Source: an uncultured Ruegeria sp.
Lineage (GTDB): Bacteria > Pseudomonadota > Alphaproteobacteria > Rhodobacterales > Rhodobacteraceae
Length of the DNA: 64,000 bases
Assembly (NCBI GenBank): GCA_963422555.2
Contig: CAXXPZ010000034.1
Span: forward strand, 13,069-77,068
Direction: 5' to 3'
Below the pieces are notes generated by a model. The model searched no databases. It saw only the letters and a list, made by a program, of their open reading frames with translations, and had not been told where the DNA came from. Of this stretch, positions 23,245-33,297 are shown in pieces. The position numbers and the translations under genes were made by a program. Position 1 is the stretch's first letter; each line of letters starts with the position of its first letter.

Positions 23245-25605
23245 ATGCCCAAAGATAGTGGCATCGGAGCCAGTTCCAAGCGGCGTGAGGACGTGCGCTT
23301 TCTGACCGGAGCAGGCAATTACACCGACGATATCAACGTACATGGCCAGGCCTATGTGCATTTCCTGCGATCCGATATCGCGCATGGCCGGATCAATACC
23401 GTAGACACTTCGGCAGCCGAAGGCATGCCGGGCGTGGTCAGGGTTTTCACTGGCAAGGATTTTGAAGGCGTGGGCGGAATGCCCTGCGGTTGGGAGGTCA
23501 CCGACCGGCACGGCGCGCCGATGCAGGAACCGCCGCATCCCATTCTGGCGCAAGGTAAAGTCCGCCACGTGGGCGATCCGATTGCAGCTGTTGTCGCAGA
23601 TTCGCTGGAACAGGCGCGTGATGCGGCCGAAGCCATTGTGCTGGACATCGAAGCGCTGCCCGCCGTGCTGGATATGAAAGCAGCGGCGCAGGATGGCGCG
23701 ACGCTTGTCCATGACGATCTGAAAAACAACATCTGCTACGACTGGCATCTGGGCGAGGCGGACAATGACAAGGTCAACGAGGTCTTTGCCAATGCGGCCC
23801 ATGTGACCAAACTGGACCTGGTTAACAACCGTCTGGTTGCCAACCCGATGGAGCCGCGCGTAGCCGTAGCGGAATACAGCCGCGGGACCGAGGATTATAC
23901 GCTCTATACCACCTCGCAGAACCCGCATGTGATCCGCCTGCTGATGTGCGCCTTTGTTCTGGGCCTGCCCGAACACAAGGTTCGCGTCGTGGCACCGGAT
24001 GTGGGTGGCGGTTTCGGCACCAAGATCTTCCATTACGCTGAAGAGGCGTTTTGTACCTTCGCCGCCAAGGCCTGTAACCGTCCGGTCAAGTGGACGGCCA
24101 GCCGGTCCGAGGCGTTCATGTCGGATGCGCAGGGCCGGGACCATGTCAGCCGGATCGAACTGGCGCTGGATGCGGATAACAACTTTGTCGGCCTGCGGAC
24201 CGATACCTATGCCAATCTGGGCGCATATCTGTCGACCTTTTCCAGCTCTGTTCCGACCTGGCTGCATGGGACACTGATGGCAGGCAACTACAAGACGCCG
24301 GTCATTCAGGTGAACGTCAAGGCGATGTTTACCAACACGGTGCCGGTCGATGCCTATCGTGGTGCAGGCCGCCCCGAGGCGACCTATCAGTTGGAGCGTG
24401 TGGTCGACAAAGCCGCGCGTGAGCTGGGGGTCGATCCGATTGCGCTGCGGCGTCAGAACTTTGTCACTCAGTTCCCCTATGACACGCCCGTGGCGCTGAC
24501 CTATGACACCGGTGATTACAACGGGACGATGGACAAGCTTGAGACTGCCGCCGATCTGGCAGGTTTTGCCGCGCGCCGTTCGGCAAGCGAAGCCAAAGGC
24601 AAGCTGCGTGGTCTGGGTATCAACTGCTATATCGAGGCGTGCGGGATTGCACCGTCGAACATCGTCGGCATGCTGGGGGCCCGCGCGGGTCTTTATGATG
24701 CGGCGACGGTTCGGGTGAATGCCACAGGCTCAATCAGTGTCATGGTTGGTGCGCATAGCCACGGGCAAGGGCACGAGACCGCCTTTCCGCAGGTTGTGGC
24801 CGACATGATCGGCATCGACGAATCTATGGTCGAGATCGTGCATGGCGATACGTCCAAAATTCCGTTCGGCATGGGTACCTATGGCTCGCGCTCGCTGGCG
24901 GTTTGTGGCTCGGCCATGGTCAAGGCAACCGCGAAAGTGATCGACAAGGCCAAGAAGATTGCCGCCCACCTGCTGGAGGCGTCCGAGGCGGATATCGAGC
25001 TGAAGGATGGGCAATTCAGCGTCGCGGGCACCGACAAGTCGGTGGCCTGGGGCGATGTGACCCTGACGGCATATGTGCCACACAATTTCCCGTTGGAGGT
25101 TGAACCGGGGCTGGAGGAGACCGCGTTTTACGACCCGGCCAACTTTACCTTCCCGGCGGGTGCCTATGCCTGTGAGGTCGAGGTCGATCCCGAAACGGGA
25201 CAGGTCACGATCGAGGCGTTCACCGCAGCGGATGACTTTGGCAATATCGTCAATCCGATGATTGTGGACGGTCAGGTGCATGGTGGCATTGGTCAGGGTA
25301 TCGGCCAGGCCTTGCTGGAGAACTGCGCCTATGACGAAAACGGTCAGTTGCTCAGTGCGTCCTTCATGGATTACGCCATGCCGCGCGCTGACGACGTGCC
25401 GTTCTATAGCGTCGATCATTCCAGTCAGACACCGTGCACGCACAATCCATTGGGCGTGAAGGGCTGTGGCGAGGCGGGGGCCATCGGGTCTCCGCCAGCG
25501 GTGGTCAACGCGGTGCTGGATGCGATCAATTCGGGTGGCAAGGCTGTCGATCACATCGATATGCCGGTGAGCCCGTCGCGCGTCTGGACAGCGATGCACG
25601 GTTGA
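23245..25605 (+). CDS. coxL: CO dehydrogenase-like molybdopterin large subunit, form II
   Basis: AYRGAGRPE form II signature, GGGFG, KGCGEAG; coxS-L-M order. Confidence 0.9.
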   Translation: MPKDSGIGASSKRREDVRFLTGAGNYTDDINVHGQAYVHFLRSDIAHGRINTVDTSAAEGMPGVVRVFTGKDFEGVGGMPCGWEVTDRHGAPMQEPPHPILAQGKVRHVGDPIAAVVADSLEQARDAAEAIVLDIEALPAVLDMKAAAQDGATLVHDDLKNNICYDWHLGEADNDKVNEVFANAAHVTKLDLVNNRLVANPMEPRVAVAEYSRGTEDYTLYTTSQNPHVIRLLMCAFVLGLPEHKVRVVAPDVGGGFGTKIFHYAEEAFCTFAAKACNRPVKWTASRSEAFMSDAQGRDHVSRIELALDADNNFVGLRTDTYANLGAYLSTFSSSVPTWLHGTLMAGNYKTPVIQVNVKAMFTNTVPVDAYRGAGRPEATYQLERVVDKAARELGVDPIALRRQNFVTQFPYDTPVALTYDTGDYNGTMDKLETAADLAGFAARRSASEAKGKLRGLGINCYIEACGIAPSNIVGMLGARAGLYDAATVRVNATGSISVMVGAHSHGQGHETAFPQVVADMIGIDESMVEIVHGDTSKIPFGMGTYGSRSLAVCGSAMVKATAKVIDKAKKIAAHLLEASEADIELKDGQFSVAGTDKSVAWGDVTLTAYVPHNFPLEVEPGLEETAFYDPANFTFPAGAYACEVEVDPETGQVTIEAFTAADDFGNIVNPMIVDGQVHGGIGQGIGQALLENCAYDENGQLLSASFMDYAMPRADDVPFYSVDHSSQTPCTHNPLGVKGCGEAGAIGSPPAVVNAVLDAINSGGKAVDHIDMPVSPSRVWTAMHG

Positions 25606-25619
25606 GTTGGCGGGAGGGC

Positions 25620-25666
25620 TGGGGGCTCGGCCCCCAGACCCCCGAGGTATTTATAGCCAGATGAAG
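25620..25666 (-). repeat. Intergenic REP/RPE-like repeat, copy 2
   Basis: Inverted homolog of 14146-14192, containing the GGGGGC..GCCCCC hairpin. Confidence 0.7.
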
Positions 25667-25699
25667 GGCGGATCCGCGCCTTTCGGAAAGGAAGACGAA

Positions 25700-26491
25700 A
25701 TGTACAATTTCGAGTTTGAAAAACCCTCGACCATTGGTGATGCGGTTGCGGCGCTGGGGGCTGAGGATGCGCAGGCATTGGGAGGTGGGCAAACCCTGAT
25801 CCCGACGTTGAAGCAACGGTTGGCAGCGCCATCCGCATTGGTGTCGCTAAGCGGCATTCCCGATTTGAAGGGTGTCTGCATCGAAGATGACGGGTCGGTT
25901 ACCATCGGTGGCGCCACCACCCATGCGGCGGTGGCAACTGAGGCGGCCAGCAACTATCCGGCGCTGGCGGCATTGGCCGGCCAGATCGGTGATCCTGCGG
26001 TGCGCAATCGCGGAACAATTGGTGGCTCGATCGCGAACAACGATCCTGCGGCCTGCTATCCAGCGGGGGCGCTGGCGTCTGGCGCGACGATCATCACCAA
26101 CAGTCGGCAGATTGCGGCGGAAGAATTCTTTGAAGGCATGTTCAGCACTGCCCTGGAGGAGGGTGAGATTATCACCTCGGTCCGGTTTCCGGTGCCGCAG
26201 GCGGCGAGCTATCAGAAGTTCCTGCAACCAGCCTCGCGGTTTGCGCTGGTGGGCGTTTATCTGGCTCGGTACGCGGATGGTGTCCGCGTTGCCGTGACGG
26301 GCGCCAGTGAGGATGGTGTGTTCCGCTGGTCCGAGGCAGAACAGGCGCTGAACAAAGAGTTCCGCCCGGATGCGTTGATGGATCTGAAGATCAATCCGAT
26401 GAACATGATCGCGGATTTGCACGGCTCCAAGGCCTATCGTGCGCATTTGGTCAGTGTCATGACAAAACGCGCCGTCGAAGCCTGCATGTAA
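25700..26491 (+). CDS. coxM: FAD-binding medium subunit
   Basis: GGGQTL, VRNRGTIGGS and ANNDPAAC motifs; ATG 25700 with RBS. Confidence 0.9.
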   Translation: MYNFEFEKPSTIGDAVAALGAEDAQALGGGQTLIPTLKQRLAAPSALVSLSGIPDLKGVCIEDDGSVTIGGATTHAAVATEAASNYPALAALAGQIGDPAVRNRGTIGGSIANNDPAACYPAGALASGATIITNSRQIAAEEFFEGMFSTALEEGEIITSVRFPVPQAASYQKFLQPASRFALVGVYLARYADGVRVAVTGASEDGVFRWSEAEQALNKEFRPDALMDLKINPMNMIADLHGSKAYRAHLVSVMTKRAVEACM

Positions 26492-26515
26492 CCGGCGGGA
26501 CGGCAGAAATATCAT

Positions 26516-26542
26516 AGCCCCGGTCAGGTACCGGGGCTTTTT
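26516..26542 (+). terminator. Terminator after coxM
   Basis: AGCCCCGGT-caggt-ACCGGGGCT hairpin followed by a T run. Confidence 0.65.
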
Positions 26543-26547
26543 CCTTT

Positions 26548-27616
26548 AGCTCTATTCGTACATCGTATTGATGCTCATTCCAGCGAGGGCGCTGGCGAGG
26601 CAGTGCCTCGGGGTTGGGTTCTTCTGCAGGACTATGAGATGGAACCAGCGCAGATAGCTGGCAAGATATTTTGTGGCGATCCCCCGGCGGTTACCAATAA
26701 ACCCCTTGAGGCGGGAGTGACGGTTGTTGACGTTTTGGATATGGAGTTCGCCGCGAACGCGTTCACCGGAAGACTGGTTGAGCGCTTCGTGGCTGACACA
26801 CAGGGCGGCAGCACACGGCGGATAGCTGGTGCCCCCATCGGTCACCAGCAGTGCATCCTTGTCCATGACCGGCGCGAGAACCTCCCGCAGAGCGGCAGCA
26901 TTGACCGCAGGCAGGACGGCACTAACGGTCGTGCCGGAGCGATCTGTCGCGACCAGAACCGGCACCTGCTCATCGGACAGGCCCCGCTTTGTTGCCTTGC
27001 CCCCGCGCTTTCGGGCCTTTCGGTCCGGCTTTTTTGCAGAGGATTTGCCTTCCGTGGCCCGTGTCCAAACACGATCCCCTTTGCGGCTTTCAAGAAAATA
27101 GGTTTCGTCGGCCTCGACAATGCCCTTCAGTTTTTCGGCGGTGGATTTGATCCCGGCAAGGAAGCGGTGTCGCCAGCGAAAGGCGGTGCTCCCGGCTATG
27201 CCACAGCGCTTTGCCGAAACTGCCACCGTATCGCCATTGGCGAGGCATTCGCTGAACGTCAGCCAAAGATCCTTGCGGTGCAGGCCGCTCAGTGGTGTAC
27301 CCGTCACCGCTCCAAAGGTTCGATTGCAGGATCGGCAAAGATAGCGTTGCATTCCCCGCGACTTGCCATTGGCCACTGCACCGTGTGCGCCGCAATGCGG
27401 GCAGGTCCGGTCTTCTCCAACACCCATCTCAACTGCCGCAACCGAGGCTTCACCCGCTGGGCGACCGGCCAGAACCTCACCGACCTCTACTTTCTGCGCC
27501 TCGCTCAACGTGTCGACCTCCGACAACCAGGCAAGAAAGGCTTTCCGGTCCATAATGCGCATCCTCCTGTATTTCAGACAAAATATAACACATCAATACG
27601 ATGTGCGAATAGAGCT
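26548..27616 (-). mobile_element. IS1595-family element, copy 1
   Basis: ~25-bp IR GCTCTATTCGTACATCGTATTGATG; 8-bp duplication TTTCCTTT at 26540-26547 and 27617-27624. Confidence 0.93.
26552..27562 (-). CDS. IS1595 family transposase
   Basis: CPHCG..YLCRSC zinc ribbon, VEADETY, LVTDG, HIQNVNNRHSRLK. Confidence 0.93.
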   Translation of the reverse strand: MRIMDRKAFLAWLSEVDTLSEAQKVEVGEVLAGRPAGEASVAAVEMGVGEDRTCPHCGAHGAVANGKSRGMQRYLCRSCNRTFGAVTGTPLSGLHRKDLWLTFSECLANGDTVAVSAKRCGIAGSTAFRWRHRFLAGIKSTAEKLKGIVEADETYFLESRKGDRVWTRATEGKSSAKKPDRKARKRGGKATKRGLSDEQVPVLVATDRSGTTVSAVLPAVNAAALREVLAPVMDKDALLVTDGGTSYPPCAAALCVSHEALNQSSGERVRGELHIQNVNNRHSRLKGFIGNRRGIATKYLASYLRWFHLIVLQKNPTPRHCLASALAGMSINTMYE

Positions 27617-28515
27617 TTTCCTTTTCTGATCCGGGGTGGTTTGGATGGCTGCCAATAGGCGCCCGTATCCTCGCGGGCTTTCAGGTGGCGCTCGGCCTGT
27701 TCGAGGGCAGTATCGCCGCCTGCGGCAACGAGGTGGCCCAGTAGGCATTCCAGCACGGCCATTGCGCCGGAAAAGCTGGAAAAATGATGCAGGGTTCGCG
27801 TGCTGACCGTCAGGATCACATCTGGTGACAGGCCGGGCGCGATGACATCACTGTCGGAGAGCAGGATAACCTTGAGACCCTGTTCCTGCGCAAACCGTAT
27901 CGCTTGAATCGTGTCGGCGGAATAGGGGTGAACGGTGATGGCAAACAGGCAATCAGAGACATCTGCACCCAGCAGGTCGTCGATGGCCGAACCCACGTGG
28001 CGCGGCACCAGTTGCAGACCGGGATGGGCCATACGCCCTGCGTAGTGAAAGTAATAGGCCAACGCATGGCTGGCGCGCGTTGCGGTTACAAAACAGTGCC
28101 GTGCGCCCATGATCAGCTGGGTTGCCGCGCGGATCTTGTCAGGGTCAAGCAATCTGAGAGAGCGGGTCACGACATTCAGTTCGTTTTTCGCAAACTCAGC
28201 CTGTGCGGCCCCGTTTGCGCCGCCTTGGCCGAGCTGGTGCAACCAGTTTTGCCCTAGCCGATCCTCGGCATCGGTTACCAGGGCGGTTCGGAAGGGCTGT
28301 CTGAACGCGTCAAAGCTGTCAAACTCCATGCGCTGCGCCAAACGCACCAGGACGTTCGAGCTGACGCCGATCTTGTCGGCCGTGACACGGATCGGATCGA
28401 TCCCGAAATCGCCGGGATGGTCTATGATGTATTTCGCAGCGGCCTGCAGTTGGGCGGGCATGTCGTCGATATTGCGGCGCAGATGGTCTGCCAGTTGGGT
28501 AGGGCGGAGTTTCAT
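27574..28515 (-). CDS. MurR/RpiR family transcriptional regulator (last residues replaced by IS sequence)
   Basis: RpiR HTH plus SIS domain; native end KGKSPGT* lies across the IS at 26524-26547. Confidence 0.82.
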   Translation of the reverse strand: MKLRPTQLADHLRRNIDDMPAQLQAAAKYIIDHPGDFGIDPIRVTADKIGVSSNVLVRLAQRMEFDSFDAFRQPFRTALVTDAEDRLGQNWLHQLGQGGANGAAQAEFAKNELNVVTRSLRLLDPDKIRAATQLIMGARHCFVTATRASHALAYYFHYAGRMAHPGLQLVPRHVGSAIDDLLGADVSDCLFAITVHPYSADTIQAIRFAQEQGLKVILLSDSDVIAPGLSPDVILTVSTRTLHHFSSFSGAMAVLECLLGHLVAAGGDTALEQAERHLKAREDTGAYWQPSKPPRIRKGKALFAHRIDVLYFV

Positions 28516-28627
28516 TTCGTAAGAAAAACAAATGTTCTGAAAATATCAAGTTGAAAACACAACTCGGTCGCGTAGATCGGCAATACGATCCCGGATATGG
28601 TGAATGACGAGGCTTAAGAGCAGCGCA

Positions 28628-29389
28628 ATGCGGACAGACGATTTGACCCCCTACATTCTGGTTGCTCCAAACGGTGCACGGCGCGGGTCTTCGGACCATC
28701 CAGCGCTGCCGGTTTCAACGGCTCAGATTGTTGCAACCGCGCGTGCGTGTCGTGATGTGGGGGCGCAGGGTTTGCACCTGCATGTGCGTGACGATCTGGG
28801 GGCGCATTCACTGGATGCTGGCCGGTACAATGAGGTGATTTCGGAATTGCAACATACTGCGCCCGGCATGGATATTCAGATCACGACCGAGGCCGCCGGA
28901 ATTTTTGATGTCGAGGCGCAATATGCCTGCCTGCGGAACGTGCAGCCGGAATGGGCCTCGATTTCCGTCAGAGAGATCGCACGGAACCCCGATCTTGCGC
29001 CACGGGTGTATGCCTTGTGCGAAGATCAGGGGACGCGGGTGCAGCATATTCTTTACGACGCGGAGGATGTCGATCTTTTGACACGGTGGCAGAACCTCGG
29101 TGTGGTCAGGCCCGATCAGATCGATCGATTGCTGGTTCTGGGACGCTATGCCGAGGGTCAGGACACCACGCCCCAGGAATTGGATCGGTTTCCAAGCGAT
29201 GCCTCGCCTTGGATGGTCTGCGCCTTTGGGTCACAGGAACATGCCTGCTTGTCCGAGGCCGCAATGCGCGGGGCGGATGTGCGGGTTGGATTTGAAAACA
29301 GTTTGACCGCGCCGGATGGTCAGCAATGGGCCGACAATGCCGCATCGGTCGCGGCGTTGGTGGCCCGGATAAAGGGAGCAGTATTATGA
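28628..29389 (+). CDS. Beta-keto acid cleavage enzyme (BKACE/DUF849)
   Basis: VAPNGARR..HPALP, HLHVRD and VRVGFENS motifs. Confidence 0.88.
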   Translation: MRTDDLTPYILVAPNGARRGSSDHPALPVSTAQIVATARACRDVGAQGLHLHVRDDLGAHSLDAGRYNEVISELQHTAPGMDIQITTEAAGIFDVEAQYACLRNVQPEWASISVREIARNPDLAPRVYALCEDQGTRVQHILYDAEDVDLLTRWQNLGVVRPDQIDRLLVLGRYAEGQDTTPQELDRFPSDASPWMVCAFGSQEHACLSEAAMRGADVRVGFENSLTAPDGQQWADNAASVAALVARIKGAVL

Positions 29390-30708
29390 GCCATGTTTTT
29401 CCACGCCACACCAAATCAGTCTTGCCCGTTGCAGCGGGTGGGGACGGCTGTTACCTGATCGACGATCAGGGAAAGCGGTACCTGGATTGTGGCGATGCTG
29501 CGGTCTCGTGCCTTGGGCATTCGAACGAAGCCGTAATCCGTGCCGTACAGCAGCAGGTGGAACAGATCGCTTTTGCGCATACCGGGTTCATGACATCCGA
29601 ACCGGCCGAGGCGCTTGCGGATCTGCTGATCAAACACGCACCGGGAGATTTGGATCGGGTCTATTTTGTCTCAGGCGGGTCCGAGGCGACCGAGGCCGCG
29701 ATAAAACTGGCGCGGCAGTATTTTCTTGAAATTGGGCAGCCTGAGCGTCGGCATGTCATTGCGCGCCGCCAAAGCTATCATGGCAATACGCTGGGCGCAT
29801 TGTCGGCTGGCGGCAATGAATGGCGCCGCGCGCAATTCGCACCGATGCTGATCGACATGACCCATATCGCGCCTTGCTATGAATATGCCGACAAGGCGGA
29901 TGGAGAGAGCCAGTTCGACTATGGCCAGCGCGTCGCCAACGAGTTGGAGACCGAAATTCTGCGTTTGGGGCCCGACACCGTGATGGCCTTTATGGCCGAG
30001 CCTGTGGTTGGCGCGACGCTGGGTGCGGTTCCGGCGGTTGCGGGGTATTTCAAACGTATCCGCGAGATTTGCGATCAATATGGCGTGTTGTTGATACTGG
30101 ATGAGGTGATGTGCGGCATGGGCCGCACCGGCCACCTGTTTGCCTGTGATCACGACAGTGTTGCGCCGGACATTCTGTGTATCGCCAAGGGGCTCGGGGC
30201 CGGATACCAGCCGATTGGCACCATGTTGTGCTCGGGCAAAATATACGACGCCATTCGCGACGGATCCGGGTTTTTTCAGCACGGTCACACCTATATCGGC
30301 CATCCGGTTGCCACAGCCGCAGCGCTGGCCGTTGTGACGGAAATGACCGAAAAGAATTTGCCTGCACGGGCCGCTGCGATGGGTGAGCGGGTGCAATCCG
30401 CGTTGGAGGCCGCGTTGGGCCAGCATCCGAATGTAGGCGATATTCGGGGGCGCGGGCTGTTTCGCGGGGTCGAATTGGTCGTCGACCGCGACAGAAAAAC
30501 ACCCTTTGACCCAGCTCACGGAGTTGCGGGCCGGATCAAAAAGGCGGCATTGGCCGAAGGGTTGATCTGTTATCCGATGTCGGGCACTCGGGACGGCAAG
30601 ACGGGTGACCACATTCTGCTGGCGCCGCCCTTCATCATCGAAGACGCACAGATTGACGAACTGGTCAGCAAGCTTTCCAGGGCAATCGAGGTTTCGCTGC
30701 CGGGCTGA
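29386..30708 (+). CDS. Class III PLP aminotransferase
   Basis: SGGSEA, SYHGNT, LILDEVMCGMGRTG, AKGLGAGY; ATGA overlap with BKACE gene. Confidence 0.92.
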   Translation: MSHVFPRHTKSVLPVAAGGDGCYLIDDQGKRYLDCGDAAVSCLGHSNEAVIRAVQQQVEQIAFAHTGFMTSEPAEALADLLIKHAPGDLDRVYFVSGGSEATEAAIKLARQYFLEIGQPERRHVIARRQSYHGNTLGALSAGGNEWRRAQFAPMLIDMTHIAPCYEYADKADGESQFDYGQRVANELETEILRLGPDTVMAFMAEPVVGATLGAVPAVAGYFKRIREICDQYGVLLILDEVMCGMGRTGHLFACDHDSVAPDILCIAKGLGAGYQPIGTMLCSGKIYDAIRDGSGFFQHGHTYIGHPVATAAALAVVTEMTEKNLPARAAAMGERVQSALEAALGQHPNVGDIRGRGLFRGVELVVDRDRKTPFDPAHGVAGRIKKAALAEGLICYPMSGTRDGKTGDHILLAPPFIIEDAQIDELVSKLSRAIEVSLPG

Positions 30709-30725
30709 CGAACCGGCAAGCAGGA

Positions 30726-31044
30726 TCAGAAGGTCATGTTCCCCATGGCCTTCTGATAATGTGCATTGAACGCCATGATCGGATGCTCTGACTGCGACGA
30801 ACAGGCGTCGTCCACCACCAGCGCACCATGTTGCAACGCGCCGCTTTCAAGGCCGCGCTGGACCGAGTCGACGATCGGCCCGTCCTCGGCAAAGGTGGTG
30901 GTTCGGTGCTGCAGGATGATTTCACGCTCGACTGTGTTGGGCTGTCCGTGGGGCAGCCACCAGTCGACCTCGATCTTGGTTTCGTTCACGCTCAGGGGTT
31001 TCCACCGATAGGTATTCACGATCCCACCGGGGTACACTTGCAGG
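30726..31044 (-). pseudogene. Rieske non-heme iron oxygenase alpha subunit, C-terminal fragment
   Basis: LQVYPGG..FAEDGPIVDSVQRGLES..SEHPI..FNAHY; in frame with the 41572-42367 fragment once the insert is removed. Confidence 0.85.
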
Positions 31045-31324
31045 TGTGACACGTCAGAAATAATGATCAATGCGGGACTATGCCGGACTACCCCGGATCG
31101 GGCGGATGAAAGTCGCCCAAATCCTTTATAACATTGAGCCTGGACGTTGATCCGGGCAGCCAGACCAGAAGTGCGGTCGATACCGCCCGCGACAGAGAAA
31201 ATGATCATTCAGGCGCGTTGCAGGGTCGTTGCAGGGCTATATACGGGGTTTTTTCCGCGCCAGAAACGGGCGCTGATCGGCCCGGAAATCCGCATGTAAC
31301 CGAGGCGGTTCCAGCGCCAGTGGA

Positions 31325-31807
31325 TCAGACAGTTTCAGCGGGCTTTCCCCGGTCGCCCGGGGGATCCATACGGAGGATATCCCAGGGGGGCATCCAGCCG
31401 TTACCGGTCTCGTCCGGCCATCCCTGGCGGGCGGCCTCCTCATCGGGGATATTGAAAGTGCCGGTGCATCCATTGCGCTCACACCAGGCATAGAGGTGTC
31501 GGGCCGCGTCCTGAAGCGAAGCGACCAGCCGCTCACGCTCCGCGCCGACCGGCCCGTCCGGACGTGTCGCGCGGCCTTCATAACGGCTCTGGCTACAGAG
31601 ATCGTTCCAGAGATGCCCGATCGCGATGCGAAGCCTCGTGCCGTAATGACCGTGTTCCCGGGGGTGCTTGTCAGCCAGCACGTCCCGCAATGATTGCAGC
31701 GACTGCGCGACCGGTGTTCTGGTATCCTGTCCGAATCCGTATCTGCAGAGCGGATCATTGTGGTCTGTAAGGTGACCTTTCAGGGGGCCGTCGGTTTTCC
31801 ATGTCAT
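31325..31807 (-). CDS. Hypothetical protein near element left end
   Basis: 160-aa ORF (MTWKTDG..) whose ATG overlaps the stop of the upstream truncated ORF. Confidence 0.55.
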   Translation of the reverse strand: MTWKTDGPLKGHLTDHNDPLCRYGFGQDTRTPVAQSLQSLRDVLADKHPREHGHYGTRLRIAIGHLWNDLCSQSRYEGRATRPDGPVGAERERLVASLQDAARHLYAWCERNGCTGTFNIPDEEAARQGWPDETGNGWMPPWDILRMDPPGDRGKPAETV

Positions 31808-32015
31808 TGTTTCAGCCATTCGACCAGTCTTTCGATGATCCTCGTCATTCCCGCCTCGCCAAAGCGTTCAAGGTTGACGCGGTTGCCCCCGGTGATGGCG
31901 TGAGCGTAGTCAAGATACCCTGCGCGGGCAAGGGCAGTTGCGGTGGCGTGTCCGCGCAATTGGAACAGAGCGGCCTGATCCATGCCCAGGCCGGCGGCCT
32001 CGGCGTCAACCAGGC
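31804..32015 (-). pseudogene. 3' remnant of a hypothetical gene truncated by IS3
   Basis: Open frame LVDAEAAGLGMDQAALFQLRGH..RLVEWLKQ* running from the IS3 boundary, coupled by ATGA to the next ORF. Confidence 0.45.
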
Positions 32016-32065
32016 TGAACCGCCCCGGGTTTACCGGAGAGTAAAACTCTCAAAGGATGAACCCT

Positions 32066-32398
32066 ATGGAGAAGAAAAAGTCACCCCCGAAGTACACGGC
32101 TGAGTTTCGCGCCCGCGGCGTTCGGCTTTATAAAGACCATCGCGCGGATTACGCCAGTGACAACGCGGCCTACCACGCGATCGCGCCAAAGCTCGGCTGC
32201 TCGCCGGACAGCCTCAGAGTCTGGTGTCAGCAGGCTGAGCGCGATGCCGGCGAACGCGATGGGCTGACCAGCGAGCAGAAGGCACGTCTGAAAGCCTTGG
32301 AGCGTGAGAACAAGGAATTGCGCACGGCCAATGAGATCCTGAAGAAGGCGAGCGCGTATTTCGCTCAGGCGGAGCTCGACCGCCCATTCCGGAAATGA
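32066..32398 (+). CDS. IS3 OrfA
   Basis: KYTAEFRARGV HTH and LERENKELRTANEILKKASAYFAQAELDR leucine zipper. Confidence 0.9.
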   Translation: MEKKKSPPKYTAEFRARGVRLYKDHRADYASDNAAYHAIAPKLGCSPDSLRVWCQQAERDAGERDGLTSEQKARLKALERENKELRTANEILKKASAYFAQAELDRPFRK

Positions 32399-33297
32399 TC
32401 GCATTCATCGATAATCATCGGGACGAGTTCGGTGTCGGGTCGATCTGCAGGGTGCTGCCGATCGCGCCATCGTCCTATTATGCACATCTGTCTATCCGGC
32501 GCAGCCCGGACAAAGCCTCGGATCGGGCCAGGAAGGACGATAAGGATGCGCGGGAAATCCAGCGCGTCTTTGATGCCAGCCGGGGACGCTATGGCGCGCG
32601 CAAGGTATGGCATCAACTGCGCCGGGAAGGCTATGACATCGCACGCTGCACGGTGGAACGCCTGATGAAAGTCATGGGGTTGCAGGGTGTTACACGCGGC
32701 AAGAAGAAGACCACGATCCCGGACCCTGCACAGGCCTGCCCGGAAGACAAGGTCAATCGCGCGTTCACGGCCACCGCACCAAACCAGCTCTGGGTCTCCG
32801 ACTTCACCTATGTGTCGACCTGGGCCGGGATGGTCTACGTGGCCTTTGTCATTGATGTCTTTGCGCGCAAGATCGTGGGCTGGCGCGTGTCCACGTCCAT
32901 GGCCACCAGCTTCGTGCTGGACGCGCTGAACCAGGCGATCTGCCAACGAATACCATCACAGGCAGACGGGCTCATTCACCATTCGGACAGGGGGTCGCAA
33001 TACCTGGCGGTTCGGTACACAGAGCGGTTGGCCCAGGCCGGGATCGACGCATCGGTCGGCAGCGTCGGAGACAGCTATGACAACGCCCTGGCAGAAAGCA
33101 TCATCGGCCTGTTCAAGACCGAAGTCATTGAGTTCTTCGGCACATGGAAAACGGTTGGCCAGGTTGAGTGGGAAACCCTGGACTGGGTCAGCTGGTACAA
33201 CAACAAGCGGCTGCACGGCGCGATCGGGCACCGGCCGCCACAAGAACTGGAGGACGCATTCTATGCAAACCTGAACACCCTTGATAAAGTCGCCTGA
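32395..33297 (+). CDS. IS3 OrfB integrase-like DDE domain
   Basis: WVSDFTY, HHSDRGSQY and DNALAES motifs. Confidence 0.93.
   Translation: MIAFIDNHRDEFGVGSICRVLPIAPSSYYAHLSIRRSPDKASDRARKDDKDAREIQRVFDASRGRYGARKVWHQLRREGYDIARCTVERLMKVMGLQGVTRGKKKTTIPDPAQACPEDKVNRAFTATAPNQLWVSDFTYVSTWAGMVYVAFVIDVFARKIVGWRVSTSMATSFVLDALNQAICQRIPSQADGLIHHSDRGSQYLAVRYTERLAQAGIDASVGSVGDSYDNALAESIIGLFKTEVIEFFGTWKTVGQVEWETLDWVSWYNNKRLHGAIGHRPPQELEDAFYANLNTLDKVA

Noticed and set aside
23245-25605. Bona fide form I CO dehydrogenase
   Set aside because: The active-site loop is AYRGAGR rather than AYxCSFR and the order is S-L-M, so CO oxidation cannot be claimed
26603-27658. 351/358-aa antisense ORFs over the IS1595 copies
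   Set aside because: Shadow frames whose starts and ends depend on flanking DNA
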